From contig JACAFS010000042.1 in NCBI GenBank assembly GCA_013378385.1, positions 1-8,742 of the forward strand: a stretch of 8,742 nt of DNA. Reading direction: 5' to 3'. The notes under the pieces are model-generated. The model ran no database searches. It worked only from the letters and a program-made list of their open reading frames with translations, and was not told the origin of the DNA. Positions 7,362 through 8,742 of the stretch are shown here, piece after piece (the stretch's first letter is position 1; every line of letters begins with the position of its first letter). The position numbers were made by a program, and so were the translations under genes. This DNA comes from Nitrososphaerota archaeon (GTDB lineage Archaea; Thermoproteota; Nitrososphaeria; Nitrososphaerales; UBA57).

Positions 7362-7922
7362 ATGCCGAATAAGTTGTTTAAAGGAGAATTAGTAGAAAAT
7401 AGAATAGTAATTTGGGACATCGAAGAATCAAAGAGAATATTCGGAGATGGTTATTTTGGGAAGCCATTAGGAGTTCCAAAACCCAAAGGAACTGATTTTG
7501 ATGCGCCATTAATTCTTGATTTAATTGAGGGATATTATCTGGTCTCGGAAAAAAAGTTAGCAATTCGTGATTTAGTTTCAGGAAAAGCAATTTCAAAAAA
7601 GAGATTAGTAGAAAAATGTGAGAGTGAATACATGTTATTCAAAGAGAAATTTCTCGTCTACAAGGAATTAAGATCGCGAGGGTATATTGTCACTCCCGGA
7701 ATAAAATTTGGAAGTGATTTCGCAGTTTACGAACAGGGACCAGGAATTGACCATGCGCCATACATTATTCAAGTTATGGTGCCTCAAGCTAATCTTACAG
7801 CAACAGGTATTGTATTAGCAGGACGTTTGGCAACAACTGTAAAAAAGAAGTTCCTAATTGCGGTTGTTAATTATAGTCAAGAAGACGTAGAATTCTTGTC
7901 ATTTGAATGGTGGAGAGCTTAG
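7362..7922 (+). CDS. endA: tRNA-splicing endonuclease, catalytic-type subunit (EndA)
   Basis: The protein aligns with M. jannaschii EndA as I recall it. LVYKELRSRGYIVTPGIKFGSDFAVYEQGPGIDHAPYIIQV matches LVYKDLRTRGYIVKTGLKYGADFRLYERG..EHSVYLVKV. GRLATTVKKKFLIAVV matches VRVAHSVRKKLLIAIV. The catalytic Tyr/His/Lys candidates are Y123 (nt 7728-7730), H131 and K162. I prefer ATG 7362 (186 aa, 1 nt after the DUF47 stop) over the track's TTG 7344. Confidence 0.9.
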   Translation: MPNKLFKGELVENRIVIWDIEESKRIFGDGYFGKPLGVPKPKGTDFDAPLILDLIEGYYLVSEKKLAIRDLVSGKAISKKRLVEKCESEYMLFKEKFLVYKELRSRGYIVTPGIKFGSDFAVYEQGPGIDHAPYIIQVMVPQANLTATGIVLAGRLATTVKKKFLIAVVNYSQEDVEFLSFEWWRA

Positions 7923-7929
7923 TCTCATT

Positions 7930-7937
7930 TTTATATT
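7930..7937 (+). promoter_or_regulatory. Archaeal TATA box TTTATATT for trmI, positioned for a leaderless mRNA
   Basis: The sequence reads TAGtctcatTTTTATATTATAagagatatcgcagaatacATG. The near-consensus TTTAWATA element is centred about 26 nt upstream of ATG 7959, and there is no SD motif in the 36-nt spacer. The preceding T5 run could also terminate the endA transcript. Confidence 0.5.
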
Positions 7938-7958
7938 ATAAGAGATATCGCAGAATAC

Positions 7959-8742
7959 ATGAAAGATAATCGGGTTGAGGAGAATGATTTCGTATTATTC
8001 TATTTGTCCCCAAGAAAGAAATGGTTAATTCAAGTTACTAAGGAAAAACAAATACACACACATGCAGGATTTATTGAAGCCAAAGATGTAATAGGAAAAG
8101 AATATGGCCAATGTGTAATAACTAATACAAATAATGAAATATACTTATTGTATCCTAAACTTAATGATTATATTTTCAAGTCAAAACGTGCGACGCAAAT
8201 ACTTTATCCAAAAGATATGGCAATAATCGCGAGTTGGACGGATTTGAGTCATGGAATGAATGTAATAGAAGCAGGAACTGGAAGTGGATCTTTAAGTTGT
8301 GTAATAGCAAATTTAATTCGACCAGATGGACATCTATATAGTTATGATATAAGAGAAGAGTCCCATGAAATTGCAAAAAAGAATATTGAAAAAGCAGGAT
8401 TGTCAGAATATGTTACATTAAGCCTTAAAGATGCAAAGTTAGGTTTAGAAGAAAGAAACATGGATGTAGCAATATTAGATTTGGGGGATCCATGGACTTT
8501 AATCAAAACAATGAAAGATTGTCTTAGACCAGGAGGTTCATTAGCTTCAGTATCACCAACAATCAACCAAGTTGAAAAAGTTGTAATTGAATTACAGAAT
8601 GAAGGGTTTCTAGAGATAGAGACATTAGAAATTTTGATGAGAGAGATGGAAGTAAGAGAAGGAAAAACGAGGCCCGCGATGAGAATGATTGGTCATACGA
8701 CATATCTAACGTTTGCAAGGAAAAGTTTAGATACAGTTACAG
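7959..8742 (+). CDS. trmI: tRNA (adenine-N1)-methyltransferase, TrmI/Trm61 (GCD14) family, 3'-truncated by the window edge
   Basis: Hand translation gives MKDNRVEENDFVLFYLSPRKKWLIQV...KSKRATQILYPKDMAIIASWTDLSHGMNVIEAGTGSGSLSCVIANLIRPDGHLYSYDIREESHEIAKKNIEKAGL...DVAILDLGDPWTLIKTMKDCLRPGGSLASVSPTINQV...RPAMRMIGHTTYLTFARK. The family hallmarks are R-x-TQI-YPKD, the SAM motif E-x-G-x-GSG-x-L, LD-x-x-x-PW and H-T-x-Y-L-x-FARK. The frame is open to the window end. It is absent from the ORF track because no stop lies in the window. Confidence 0.87.
   Translation, partial: MKDNRVEENDFVLFYLSPRKKWLIQVTKEKQIHTHAGFIEAKDVIGKEYGQCVITNTNNEIYLLYPKLNDYIFKSKRATQILYPKDMAIIASWTDLSHGMNVIEAGTGSGSLSCVIANLIRPDGHLYSYDIREESHEIAKKNIEKAGLSEYVTLSLKDAKLGLEERNMDVAILDLGDPWTLIKTMKDCLRPGGSLASVSPTINQVEKVVIELQNEGFLEIETLEILMREMEVREGKTRPAMRMIGHTTYLTFARKSLDTVT

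Noticed and set aside
7378-8566. Minus-strand ORFs 7378..7596, 8176..8376 and 8342..8566
   Set aside because: They are antisense to endA and to the hand-translated trmI. They are Leu/Phe/Ile-rich shadow ORFs with no motifs.
1-8742. Defence island, mobile element or novel multi-gene system
   Set aside because: Every substantial ORF is assigned to a conserved housekeeping family except the DUF47 protein. There are no integrase or transposase genes. Apart from the coding GC-rich repeat at 1-76, I saw no terminal repeats or compositional shifts. Intergenic space totals only about 330 nt.

Overview
This AT-rich window (roughly one-third GC by eye) is ordinary archaeal housekeeping DNA. The gene content and low GC look like a Nitrosopumilus-like ammonia-oxidising thaumarchaeon, but that placement is a guess from memory, not a search. 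The minus strand (4822 down to 1) carries a probable eS25 gene, then the tightly packed ribosomal-protein cluster uL3-uL4-uL23-uL2-uS19-uL22-uS3. uS3 runs off the left edge. The ORF track misses it, and I translated it by hand. The plus strand diverges from a 90-bp AT-rich spacer. It carries an ATP-dependent DNA ligase (GTG start), a DUF47/PhoU-like protein, tRNA-splicing endonuclease EndA (true start probably ATG 7362, not the track's TTG 7344) and a TrmI/Trm61-type tRNA m1A methyltransferase. TrmI runs off the right edge, is also missing from the track, and was hand-translated. I see no RNA genes, CRISPR array, mobile elements, defence genes or obvious novel system. The points worth a second look are modest. 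(1) A perfect GC-rich 12-bp tandem repeat encodes an (EAPA)n tail on uS3. (2) The uL2 start is ambiguous: GTG, or a CTG preceded by an SD-like motif. (3) A 76-nt gap interrupts the otherwise packed ribosomal-protein operon. (4) A DUF47 gene sits 1 nt from endA with no phosphate transporter partner in view. (5) Initiation signals look mixed: TATA-like boxes about 25 nt upstream of start codons on plus-strand genes, and SD-like motifs inside the operon. All other track ORFs are antisense shadows of conserved genes.
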